DNA from: an uncultured Gemmatimonadales bacterium
GTDB taxonomy: Bacteria > Gemmatimonadota > Gemmatimonadetes > Gemmatimonadales > GWC2-71-9
Assembly (NCBI GenBank): GCA_963748815.1
Contig: CAVVKJ010000007.1
Coordinates: 1 to 64,000, forward strand
DNA: 64,000 nucleotides
Direction of reading: 5' to 3'
Shown: piece after piece, positions 37,738-46,820 of the stretch
How the letters are laid out: each line of letters begins with the position of its first letter
Numbering within the stretch: position 1 is the first letter of the stretch
Program-made: the position numbers and the translations under genes
Notes under the pieces: generated by a model
What the model was told of the DNA's origin: nothing
Databases searched by the model: none
Seen by the model: only the letters and a program-made list of their open reading frames with translations

Positions 37738-38647
37738 AGGTCGCCTTCTCCTTCCGGCCGACGATCATGGTGCCGCATCCGGCCCCGGTGAACACCTCGA
37801 GCAGGAGCGCGTCCGCCACGCGCCCGTCGATGATGTGGGTCCGCTCGACGCCGCCGGTGGCCGCGCGGATGCACGCCTCCACCTTGGGGCGCATCCCGCC
37901 GGCCACTGCCCCGCTGGCGAGGAGTCCGGCCAGGTCGTCGGGGTCGGCGAAGGCGATGAGGCTTGACGGGTCTTCGCGGTCGCGGAGGACGCCGGGCGCC
38001 CCGGTCAGGAAGATCAGCTTCTGCGCCCGGAGCGCGACCGCGAGCGATTCCGCGACGGTATCGGCGTTGACGTTGAAGACGTTGCCGTCACCGTCCCCCG
38101 CGAGGCTCGCCACCACCGGCACGAACCGCGCGTCGAGCAGTGTGCGGAGCACGCGCGGGTCCACGCGGTCGAGGTCTCCGACGTGCCCGTAGTCCACCGT
38201 TTGGGACTTGCCATCGTCATCCACCACCTTGACGGGGGGCCGGCGGTGGGCGGTGATGAGGTCGGCGTCCACACCGCTCAAGCCGACCCCCTGCGCCTCG
38301 TGGGCGCGAAGCGAGGCGAGGAGGTCGACGTTGAGCTGTCCCGCATAGACCATTTTCGCCACGGCCAGCGCATCGTCATCGGTGACCCGCCGGCCCGCCA
38401 CGATCCGTGGCTCCGCACCCATCCGACGGCTGAGGGCGGTGGCCTGGGGACCGCCGCCGTGCACCACCACCAGCTGGATGCCGAGGCTGGACAGGAGCGA
38501 CACCTGCGCGGCGATGCCGTCCACGGCGCGCGGATCCGCGAGGACCTCCCCGCCCAGCTTGACCACGAAGACCTGGTCGCGATAGGCGCGCACGTACCGC
38601 AGCGCGCCCTTGAGGCCCGTGATGCCCTTCGTCGTGTCAATGCTCAC
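37712..38647 (-). CDS. argB: N-acylglutamate kinase
   Basis: VVKLGG, VVHGGG, GRRVTD, NVNAD and GGMRPK motifs. No fused NAT/ArgA domain. Confidence 0.93.
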   Translation of the reverse strand: MSIDTTKGITGLKGALRYVRAYRDQVFVVKLGGEVLADPRAVDGIAAQVSLLSSLGIQLVVVHGGGPQATALSRRMGAEPRIVAGRRVTDDDALAVAKMVYAGQLNVDLLASLRAHEAQGVGLSGVDADLITAHRRPPVKVVDDDGKSQTVDYGHVGDLDRVDPRVLRTLLDARFVPVVASLAGDGDGNVFNVNADTVAESLAVALRAQKLIFLTGAPGVLRDREDPSSLIAFADPDDLAGLLASGAVAGGMRPKVEACIRAATGGVERTHIIDGRVADALLLEVFTGAGCGTMIVGRKEKATYLGVDLAD

Positions 38648-39663
38648 TGAGTGCTCCCGATCATCGTGAGGAGGAGCGCCCGCTGCACATGCAGCCGGTT
38701 CTCCGCCTCGTCCACCACTGCCGAGTGCGGCCCGTCGAGCACCGCGTCGTCGACCTCGACGTTTCGACGTACCGGCAGGCAGTGCATCGCGATGCCCTTG
38801 CCGTGGCGCGTCGTGGCCATCTGCGCCGCCGTGAGCCGCCAACCACGGTGCACGTCGAACAACGCCCGCTGCGCCTCGGGCTGCCCATACATCGAGACCG
38901 GTCCCCACGACTTGGCGTAGACCGCGTCGGCGCCGGCGATGGCGGCGTCCTGGTCATGGGCCAATGACACCTTGCCTCCGCCAGCCTCGGCGCCCAACTC
39001 TCCGATGCGCCGCACGTCCTCGGGATCGAGGTCGCAGCCTTCGGGCGCGGCGATCGTGATGTCCATGCCCAGCCGCGCCGCCGCCAGGGCGGCGCTCACC
39101 GGCACCGCCGTCGGGAGCGCCTTCGGGTGCCAGGCCCAGGTCAGCACGAACTTCTTGCCGCGGGTCTCCCCGAGTTTTTCCCGGAGGGTGAACGCGTCCG
39201 CCAGTTCCTGGCAGGGATGGCGGCGCGAGGACTCGAGATTGATGACCGGCTTCTCACAGTGGCGGGCGAACTGCCGCAGGACGGTGTCCTGCCGCGCGGT
39301 GGCCCATGCACCGCCCCGGGGAAAGGAGCGGACGGCCAGCGCGTCGGCGTAGCGGCCGAGGACGCGGGCCGCTTCAGTGACATGCTCCACGGTTTCGCGG
39401 TCCATCACCACACCCTCTTCGGTCTCGAGCGCCCAGCTGCCCTTCCCAGGTTCAAGGACCACCGCGTGACCGCCATGGAGAAACATCCCGGCTTCAAAGC
39501 TGGTCCGCGTGCGCAGGCTCGGATCGAGGAAGATCATCGCCAGCACCTTCCGCTCCAGCCCACCGGAAACCTCGCCCCGCTTGATCCGGGCGGCGAGGGC
39601 GAGCAGCGCCTCGATCTCGGCAAACGACCAGTCTTCCACAGCGAGGAAGTCACGCTTGGTCAC
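38644..39663 (-). CDS. argF: N-acyl-ornithine transcarbamylase (ArgF' type; predicted succinyl-preferring)
   Basis: SLRT, HPCQELAD, TWAWHPKALPTAV (AOTCase/SOTCase loop) and HCLPVRR motifs. Confidence 0.9.
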   Translation of the reverse strand: MTKRDFLAVEDWSFAEIEALLALAARIKRGEVSGGLERKVLAMIFLDPSLRTRTSFEAGMFLHGGHAVVLEPGKGSWALETEEGVVMDRETVEHVTEAARVLGRYADALAVRSFPRGGAWATARQDTVLRQFARHCEKPVINLESSRRHPCQELADAFTLREKLGETRGKKFVLTWAWHPKALPTAVPVSAALAAARLGMDITIAAPEGCDLDPEDVRRIGELGAEAGGGKVSLAHDQDAAIAGADAVYAKSWGPVSMYGQPEAQRALFDVHRGWRLTAAQMATTRHGKGIAMHCLPVRRNVEVDDAVLDGPHSAVVDEAENRLHVQRALLLTMIGSTQ

Positions 39664-40808
39664 GTCAGCACCTCGCGGAGGCCGGCCAGGAGCACGTCGG
39701 CCTCCTGGACCGAGAGGGTGAGCGGCGGCATGATCCGGAGGACCTGGGGGTCGGAGGAGGTCCCCGTCAGGATGCGACGGGCAAAGAGGGCCTGCTGGAG
39801 TTCCTTCGCCGGCCGGCCGAAGTCGAGGCCAAGCAGCAAGCCCCGCCCCCACACCTTTCGCGCGCCGAGCGCGCGGGCTCCCACGGCGATGTGGGCGCCG
39901 ACCCGCATGGCATTCCCGGCCAGGTCCTCGTCGGCGATGACGGCCAGCGTGGCCAGGGCGGCTGCGCAGGCGAGCGGCCCTCCGCCGAACGTGCTGCCCA
40001 GATCGCCAACGCCGACCCCCTCCGCCAGCATTGAACCGGCGACGAGTGCCCCGATCGGATAGCCCGAGCCGAGTCCCTTGGCCATGGTCAGGCCGTCGGG
40101 CACGACACCGTAGCCTTCCGCCGCCGTGAATGTGCCGCTCCGCGCGACGCCGCACTGCACCTCGTCGAAGAGGAGTGCGATGCCCCGTTCCGTGCAGATC
40201 CGGCGCGCTGCCACGAGGAACTCGACGCTGCACTCCCGGGCTCCGGCCATGCCCTGCACCGGTTCCACGAGGAGCGCCGCCATCGAGTCATCGAGGACCG
40301 CATCGAGGGAGGCCACGTCGTTGTAGGTGACCCGGGAGGAGAGTGCCATCCCGGCCCGCAGCGCGCCGGCCTCGTAGGAGGCGCCGTCGCAGCACGCGAG
40401 GGTCGCCACCGTGCGTCCGTGCCAACCGCCGGTCACCGAGGCGACGCCCGACCGTCCCGTCGCCTTGCGCGCCAGCTGAAGTGCGTTCTCGTTGGCCTCC
40501 GCGCCCGAATTGCAGAAAAACACCCGGCCGAGGGTGCCTGGGCACCGGGCGGCGAGCTCCGACGCCAACGCGAGACGCAGGGGATGGGGCACGGCCGTGG
40601 AATAGAATACCAGGCGCTTCGCCTGGGCGGTGATCGCCTCGACCACGCGCGGGTGGCTGTGCCCGGTGGAGGCCACGGCGTGGCCACCGTAGGCGTCGAG
40701 CCATTCCGCGCCGTCCTCGTCCACCAGCCAGGCGCCGCGGCCAGAGACCGGCCGGATCGGCATCTGTGCGTACACGGGCAGGAGGGCCTCCGCTCCCGCG
40801 CTCAGCAT
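39660..40808 (-). CDS. argD: Acylornithine aminotransferase (class III PLP)
   Basis: CNSGAEANE, HGRT, EPVQG, FDEVQCG, AKGLG and STFGG motifs. Confidence 0.92.
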   Translation of the reverse strand: MLSAGAEALLPVYAQMPIRPVSGRGAWLVDEDGAEWLDAYGGHAVASTGHSHPRVVEAITAQAKRLVFYSTAVPHPLRLALASELAARCPGTLGRVFFCNSGAEANENALQLARKATGRSGVASVTGGWHGRTVATLACCDGASYEAGALRAGMALSSRVTYNDVASLDAVLDDSMAALLVEPVQGMAGARECSVEFLVAARRICTERGIALLFDEVQCGVARSGTFTAAEGYGVVPDGLTMAKGLGSGYPIGALVAGSMLAEGVGVGDLGSTFGGGPLACAAALATLAVIADEDLAGNAMRVGAHIAVGARALGARKVWGRGLLLGLDFGRPAKELQQALFARRILTGTSSDPQVLRIMPPLTLSVQEADVLLAGLREVLT

Positions 40809-41830
40809 GGAAAAGGCCCCGCCAGCCGAAGTCCGGCGGTCTCATCGAGCCCGAGGGCGAGGTTCATCCCCTGGACCGCCTGCCCTCCGGCACCCTTGAT
40901 GAGATTGTCGAGCGCCACCATCACCTGTACCTCGCCGGTCGAGGCGTCGCCGACCGCGTGCATCAGCGCGAGGTTGGTGCCGACCGCGTGCGTGAGCTGC
41001 GGCGGCTCGTCGGTGAGGCGCACGAACGGGCGCCCCACGTAGGCGGCCGCGCAGAGCTCACCCACCCGCGCCGCCGCGTCGGGCGCGACGGTGGCGTGGA
41101 GGGTCAGGTGGATGCCCCGCACAAATGGGCCGGAGTGGGCCATCAACCGAGCCGTCGCGGCCGCCGCTCCCGTCCAACCCCGCCACGCCTGCAACACCTC
41201 GGCGTCGTGTCGATGACGCAGCGCCGAATAGGCGAAGAGGTTGTTCGCACGGGCGGGATGGTGGGTGGTGGGCTTCGGGTGGACACCGGCGCCGCTCGAT
41301 CCGGTCACGCCGAACAGCGCCGGAACGCCGACGACGCCGGCTGACCGGAGCGGGTAGAGCGCCAGCTGCGCCGCCGTGGCGAAACAACCGGGCGCCGCGA
41401 GCGCCTCGACGCCGCGGAGTTCGGCGCCGCGCACGTCGGCCAGGCCGTAGGCGAACCGCGTTACCAGGTCGGGCGCCGGATGAGCCCCGTAGTACTGCTC
41501 ATAGAGGCGGAGATCGCGCACCCGGAAGTCGGCCGCGAGGTCAATCACCAGCCCGGGCCCGGCGTCGAAGACGTCTCCCGCCACCTTCGACGACTCGCCG
41601 TGTTCCAGCGAGAGAAACACGACGTCCTGGTCCCGGGCGGCCTCGCCGGCCGTCAGCCCCGCAAATCGCGCCTCGGTGAGTGCGGCGAGCGCCGGGTGCA
41701 CCTCGGCGATCGGTCGGCCGGCCTGGCTCCGGCTGGTCGCGATGACCTCGGTGATGTCCGGGTGCTGGAGCAGGAGCCGGAGCAATTCGCCACCGACATA
41801 CCCGGCGGCCCCGACCACCGCGACCTTCAC
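40802..41830 (-). CDS. argC: N-acyl-gamma-glutamyl-phosphate reductase
   Basis: GAAGYVG, PGCFAT, GSSGAG, HRH and DNLIKGAGGQA motifs. Confidence 0.93.
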   Translation of the reverse strand: MKVAVVGAAGYVGGELLRLLLQHPDITEVIATSRSQAGRPIAEVHPALAALTEARFAGLTAGEAARDQDVVFLSLEHGESSKVAGDVFDAGPGLVIDLAADFRVRDLRLYEQYYGAHPAPDLVTRFAYGLADVRGAELRGVEALAAPGCFATAAQLALYPLRSAGVVGVPALFGVTGSSGAGVHPKPTTHHPARANNLFAYSALRHRHDAEVLQAWRGWTGAAAATARLMAHSGPFVRGIHLTLHATVAPDAAARVGELCAAAYVGRPFVRLTDEPPQLTHAVGTNLALMHAVGDASTGEVQVMVALDNLIKGAGGQAVQGMNLALGLDETAGLRLAGPFPC

Positions 41831-42885
41831 GTCGGCTCCAACGCCGCGACCACGACGGCGAGCAGTCCATCGGCGTCGCGCAACGCATTGTGCGCCGGAA
41901 TCCCGAGCGAGGCGCTGATGTAGTCGCGGCCGACCTGGTTGTCGGTGGCCGGACCGGTGAGCACGGTGATGGGCAGGCCGTACGTCCCCCGCATGAGCTG
42001 GTCCGCACCCCAGCAGCCCACGGGGTCAGGAGCGGCCATGACCCAGGCGCGTCCGGCGCCCGAGAGTTCGGGATCCCGGAGGATGTCCTGCACGCCGTAC
42101 TCTCCGAGGATGCCATCGCCGAGTTCCGCCACGATCACGTCGGGGCGGACGGTCTGCTGCAGGCGATTGAAGAGCCCCTTGGCCACCGCGACGGTCATCC
42201 CGGCGTGGGTGCTCGCGGCGCCGGCGTCGTTGAACGTCATCGCCGCCACGGCACCTGCGTCCTGCATGGCGAGCGTGTCGCGCATGAGGCTGACGCCGGT
42301 CAGCTTCGTCGCCGCGACCCGCAGGCCGCGGCGCGCGAGGCCGCGGACCAACTCGGTGGCCGCCACGGTCTTGCCGGCATTCATGCAGGTCCCCGCCACG
42401 TAGATGACCGGAGCCTCAAGCTCCAGCGATTCGCTGGTGGGGATGGCCCCGTCCCGGATGTGCGCGGGACGGCCGACCCGGTCTCCCAGGGCGGGAAAAG
42501 CGAGCACGGCGCCGAGGACCTCCGCCGCGAACGGCGGACCGATGTCGGGATTGGCCGAGGTGCAGCGGCCGAGCACGCCGCCGAGATTGAGCACGTCGAT
42601 CGTGTCACCCACGGCGATGTGACTCGGCACCTCGCCGGCGTATCCGCGGAGGGCGCGCCGGCTTCCGAGCGTGCCGGCGAGGACATCCCCCTTCCGGAGC
42701 GAGACCAGCCTGCCTGCCAGGTCTTCCACCGTGTTGTAGGAGGACTTGTCGGTGAGCAGTCGCACGGCCAGCACGTAGCCTTCGGCGGCCACGATCTCCT
42801 GGCCGACGATTACCTCGGTCGAAAGGTGGGCGTTGCGGGTGGAGGAGCTGATGCGGTCCAGGCGAATCCGGGTCGTGGTCACCAT
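41827..42885 (-). CDS. DUF1611/BioD-superfamily P-loop protein inside the arg operon; candidate N-acylglutamate synthase
   Basis: Walker A GTCMNAGKT, KLTG and Walker B-like DVIVAELGDG. TGATG overlap with argG and GTGA overlap with argC. Confidence 0.8.
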   Translation of the reverse strand: MVTTTRIRLDRISSSTRNAHLSTEVIVGQEIVAAEGYVLAVRLLTDKSSYNTVEDLAGRLVSLRKGDVLAGTLGSRRALRGYAGEVPSHIAVGDTIDVLNLGGVLGRCTSANPDIGPPFAAEVLGAVLAFPALGDRVGRPAHIRDGAIPTSESLELEAPVIYVAGTCMNAGKTVAATELVRGLARRGLRVAATKLTGVSLMRDTLAMQDAGAVAAMTFNDAGAASTHAGMTVAVAKGLFNRLQQTVRPDVIVAELGDGILGEYGVQDILRDPELSGAGRAWVMAAPDPVGCWGADQLMRGTYGLPITVLTGPATDNQVGRDYISASLGIPAHNALRDADGLLAVVVAALEPT

Positions 42886-44081
42886 CAGTCCGCCCCTCCG
42901 GCGCGCGCGGCGAGCAGCGCGGGAATTGCCGCCACACGGGCAAAGGCGCGCGCCTCGTCGCCGGTCCAGAGGCGATTCTCCTCGCCGTAGGTGGCGACAC
43001 GCGGGTCCATCATCGAATGCGGGCTCCGCGCGCCGACGACCTGGAACCGGCCGGGCGCGAGACGGACCCGCGTCTCGCCCGCCACGCGGTGCTGCGAATG
43101 GGTCAAGAGCGCCTCGATGTCGCGGAGGGCGGGATCGAAGTACTGCCCTTCGTGCAGTCGGTCGCCATAGAAGGTCGAGAGCTGGTCCTTCCAGAACGCC
43201 TGCCACTTGGTCAGGACGAGCTTCTCCAGCTCGCGGTGCGCGGCGATGAGCACGAGTGCGGCTCCCGCCTCGAAGCCGATCCGGCCCTTGATGCCGAGGG
43301 CGGTCTCGCCGACATGGATGCCGCGGCCAAACCCGTAGGCGGCCGCGAGGTCGTTGAGCGACTGGACCAGGTCGACCCCGGCGAGCTGATTGCCGTCGAG
43401 TGCGACCGGGAGCCCGCCGTCCCATGCAATGACGATGTCGCGGGGTGCCGGGGCGTCGGCGGGCGGCTCGAGCAGTTCTGCCGGCGGGCCCGCCCAGGTG
43501 TCGTGGGTCCAGCCCCCTCCCCAGGTGGTGCCCCACAGCCCGGCATTGATCGAGTAGGCCCCGGCCTTCGCCGGCACCGGCAGGTGGCGACTTTCGAGGT
43601 ACGCAATCGCCTGGGTGCGGGAGAGACCCTCGTCGCGGATGGGGGTGAGGATGGCGAGGTCGGCCGCGAGGACGCGCAGAGTCACGTCGAACCGGACCTG
43701 GTCGTTCCCGGCCCCGGTGGAGCCGTGCGCGACGGCAACCGCCCCGATGCTGCGGGCCACGTCAAGGACGGACATCGCCTGCTGGGTCCGCTCGGCGGCC
43801 ACGCTGAGCGGATAGACGCCGCCCCGCAGCACGTTGCCCTGGATCAGGTACCGGACGAACCGATCGAAGACCAGGGCGCGGGCATCCACCTCATGGTGGG
43901 CGACCGACCCCACCACCTCCGCCTGGCGCCGAATGGCGGCCCGCTCCTCCGGGGAGGCGCCGCCGGTGTTGACATAGACCGTATGGACCGCCCAGCCCTG
44001 CTCGGCGAGGCGCGGGACGCAGTAGGACGTGTCGAGTCCGCCCGAGAAGGCCAGGGCGACGACGCCGGGTGAAGTTTGCAT
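42885..44081 (-). CDS. argG: Argininosuccinate synthase
   Basis: LAFSGGLDTS, HGSTGAGNDQVRF, YSIN.GLWG and GIKGR..FE motifs. Confidence 0.95.
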   Translation of the reverse strand: MQTSPGVVALAFSGGLDTSYCVPRLAEQGWAVHTVYVNTGGASPEERAAIRRQAEVVGSVAHHEVDARALVFDRFVRYLIQGNVLRGGVYPLSVAAERTQQAMSVLDVARSIGAVAVAHGSTGAGNDQVRFDVTLRVLAADLAILTPIRDEGLSRTQAIAYLESRHLPVPAKAGAYSINAGLWGTTWGGGWTHDTWAGPPAELLEPPADAPAPRDIVIAWDGGLPVALDGNQLAGVDLVQSLNDLAAAYGFGRGIHVGETALGIKGRIGFEAGAALVLIAAHRELEKLVLTKWQAFWKDQLSTFYGDRLHEGQYFDPALRDIEALLTHSQHRVAGETRVRLAPGRFQVVGARSPHSMMDPRVATYGEENRLWTGDEARAFARVAAIPALLAARAGGAD

Positions 44082-44099
44082 AATGGATAAATATGCAAT
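44082..44099 (-). promoter_or_regulatory. ARG box abutting the argG start codon
   Basis: ATTGCATATTTATCCATT matches the 18-bp ArgR consensus WNTGMATWWWWATKCANW with one mismatch; AT-rich patch in high-GC DNA. Confidence 0.8.
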
Positions 44100-44126
44100 A
44101 CGGAAATGGCCGTGCGCAAGGGGGGG

Positions 44127-45959
44127 TCAGTCGGCGCGCCCTGCCCGTTCCTCCGGAAACCGCAGACGATAGGAGAGGGTCGCGAGTTCCTGGTCGACCG
44201 CTGCCTCGTATTCCGGACCCTCCACCGCCTGGCGGAGTTTCGCGGAAACCGGGATGACCATCGGCGCCGGCTCCCACTCGACCACGGCCCCGGTGGCGGC
44301 ATCGACCACCCTCCCCTCCTCCACCGCCCGGGTTGCCTCCACCAACCGGAGACTCGAGAGCGCCCGGCGCATTGCCTCGAGGCGCGCCTGATGCGCCGGA
44401 TCGACGAAGCGGCTGCCGAAGGTGGCCACGAAGTACCCGGCCGGCATGTACAACAGGCCGTCGAACCCGAGCTCACCGCAGAGCACCACGAGCCAGGCCA
44501 TGACGTCGCGGAGCAGGCCGAGCCCGGGATGCTTCTGACCGGGCATCGAGTGCTTGCCCGACGCGAAGTGGCGTCGCGGATTCTGGAGCAGGACCCAGTC
44601 GAGAAAGAGCATCTCCATCCCCGGCAGGCTGGTGCGATCGCGGCGGAATCGGATCTCCATGAGGAGTTCCGTCCGCGCCGCGTCGCCGAAGAGGCGAACG
44701 GTGTCGGAATCGGCCAGATGGAAGTCCAGCTCCAGCGTCGGCTGGGCGAACCCGAGGGCGCGCACCTGCGCCAGCACTCCCAGGCGCTCGAGCAGCAGCT
44801 CCACCCCCTGGGCGGTGTATCGGCCGAGGAGCCGGCGGGGCGCCATCCCCCCACCCGGATCGAACGCCGCCAGGTCCTCAGCGGTGAGGGCCCAATCGGC
44901 GGCCGGCGGCAGCCGTCGGGCGCCGTCGTGGAGCAACCGATGGAGTTCCTGCGCGCGCCTGATCAGCATGTCGGTATTGGTCGGGGGCTCGACCGTCCGT
45001 CCCGCCGCGAGCCACCCGAGGAAGCGTGCTGTATAGCGCCACGCGTTGCCCCCATACCCGCCGCCGAGCGTAATGACGAGCGGGATCTCGGCGCCCTCCG
45101 GACGCACCTGCCCGATCACGAACTGGTCCCGGGCCAGCATCCCGTCGGCGGTGATGTTCCAGTCGCCGACCATGTCGTCGGAGGCGGGATCCACCCCCGC
45201 GACGTAGAACACCAGCCCTGGGCGCACCTGCCGGATGACGGGCGGAAGCGCCTCCTTGAGCGTCTTGAGATAGGTCGCGTCGTTCACGGCCGTGCCGAGC
45301 GCGATCACGGTGGCGGCAGCGGCCTCGCGCGGCGCCCAGTCCTGGTTGTGGATCGTGAACGTGTGCACGGTGGGATCTTCCTCGAAGAGCACTCGCGTCC
45401 CGTTGCCGTCGTGGATGTCGAGGTCGACGATCAGGATCGGCGCCTCGAACCCTTGCGCCCGCACGCGGGCCACGGCAATGGCAAGGTCGTTGAGGGCACA
45501 GAAGCCCATCCCCCGGTTCGACGCGGCATGATGAAAACCGCCGCCGAGGTTGACGGCGACCCGTCCTGTCCGGAGCGCGACGGCCGCGGCGAGGACCGTG
45601 CCCCCCGCCGCAAGTCGCTGGAACTCGACGAGTCCCTGGGCCTCGGTGTCGGTGAGCTGCGCGCCGACGATCTGTTCGATCACCTCGGTACGCTCCAGCG
45701 ACTCGAGGTACTTGTCGGTATGCACCCGACGGAGGTTCTTCATCGACGCCGACTGCGGCCGGAGGAGCTCCCGCTGGCGGATGAGCCCTTCGTCGGTGAG
45801 GAAGGCGAGCACCATCTCGGCGCGCAGTGGATCCATCGGGATGGAGCCGAGCTGGACGACGTAGCGGGGATCGTAGATGAGCACCAGCCCCGAGGAGCGG
45901 AGACTGCGACGAATCGCGCCCCACACCCACCGGCCCATCCGCCGTCCTACCGACATCAT
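44127..45959 (-). CDS. Histone-deacetylase (HDAC/AcuC) family Zn deacylase with ~250-aa C-terminal domain
   Basis: GGGFHHA, GFC..ND, DLDIHDGNGT, GVDP and GGGY motifs. Start approximate. Confidence 0.85.
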   Translation of the reverse strand: MMSVGRRMGRWVWGAIRRSLRSSGLVLIYDPRYVVQLGSIPMDPLRAEMVLAFLTDEGLIRQRELLRPQSASMKNLRRVHTDKYLESLERTEVIEQIVGAQLTDTEAQGLVEFQRLAAGGTVLAAAVALRTGRVAVNLGGGFHHAASNRGMGFCALNDLAIAVARVRAQGFEAPILIVDLDIHDGNGTRVLFEEDPTVHTFTIHNQDWAPREAAAATVIALGTAVNDATYLKTLKEALPPVIRQVRPGLVFYVAGVDPASDDMVGDWNITADGMLARDQFVIGQVRPEGAEIPLVITLGGGYGGNAWRYTARFLGWLAAGRTVEPPTNTDMLIRRAQELHRLLHDGARRLPPAADWALTAEDLAAFDPGGGMAPRRLLGRYTAQGVELLLERLGVLAQVRALGFAQPTLELDFHLADSDTVRLFGDAARTELLMEIRFRRDRTSLPGMEMLFLDWVLLQNPRRHFASGKHSMPGQKHPGLGLLRDVMAWLVVLCGELGFDGLLYMPAGYFVATFGSRFVDPAHQARLEAMRRALSSLRLVEATRAVEEGRVVDAATGAVVEWEPAPMVIPVSAKLRQAVEGPEYEAAVDQELATLSYRLRFPEERAGRAD

Positions 45960-46073
45960 TCCCGGCCCACTCACGCGATCGGCCTCCCTCTGTGCCCAGG
46001 ACGACGGTTGCCCGGCAACGGTGCGGCCCGTCGACCCCGCCGCCACCACCGGAGTATACTATTGGGACTGCCC

Positions 46074-46805
46074 ATGACCGCATCCCCTCCGCCCGGCCTC
46101 CCCGAACGACGACGCCCGTCCCTGACGGCACGCTGGAGCAATCTCGCCCTCCTCACCTTCGACGTGGACCCGTCGCTGCTCGAGCCATGGCTGCCGACGG
46201 ACGTGGAAGTCGACCTCGTCGATGGACGGGCGCTCGTCTCCCTGATCGCCTTCGATTTCCTGGATACGAGGGTGCGGGGCCGCCGGATCCCCGGCTTCGT
46301 GGACTTCCCGGAGATCAACTTCCGCACCTATGTGCGGCAGGGTGACCGCCTGGGCGTCGTGGCGATTCGGGAACTGGTGCCCAGCCCGCTGGCTGCCGCC
46401 GTCGGGCGGCTGCGATTCAACGAGCCGTTCCGGTCCACCCCGATCGAGAGCCGGACCGCGAGCATGGGCGACGAGCTGGTGGTGGAGCACCGATGGCGAT
46501 GGAAGGACCGGCGCTACTTTCTCCGGATGACGGCGGACCAGAACTCCGCCCCTGCCTCGGCCGATGCACCCGCGCACCACCTGCTGGGACGGCGCTGGGC
46601 CTACGGCAAGAGCCGACGGGGCCAGCCGAACGCCCTTCGCGTCGAACACCCCGAATGGGCGCTCCGCCGGGTCCGCACCCTCGACTTCGACGTGGACTAC
46701 GGGGACTTGTACGGGCCGGAATGGGCCGTGCTCAATGGGCGCCAACCAGCGATGACCCACCTCGCCGTCGGGTCGGCGGTGTCGATCTTCCCCTCGGGGC
46801 GCTAG
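46074..46805 (+). CDS. DUF2071 (YqjF-like) protein
   Basis: LTARWSNL, FPEINFRTYV and VEHPEW motifs. Confidence 0.8.
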   Translation: MTASPPPGLPERRRPSLTARWSNLALLTFDVDPSLLEPWLPTDVEVDLVDGRALVSLIAFDFLDTRVRGRRIPGFVDFPEINFRTYVRQGDRLGVVAIRELVPSPLAAAVGRLRFNEPFRSTPIESRTASMGDELVVEHRWRWKDRRYFLRMTADQNSAPASADAPAHHLLGRRWAYGKSRRGQPNALRVEHPEWALRRVRTLDFDVDYGDLYGPEWAVLNGRQPAMTHLAVGSAVSIFPSGR

Positions 46806-46820
46806 CGCCGGGCGATCTTC

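Noticed and set aside
44106..46073. Long N-terminal extension of the 899-aa ORF
   Set aside because: Antisense to the HDAC gene; only the part from 46074 looks like DUF2071.
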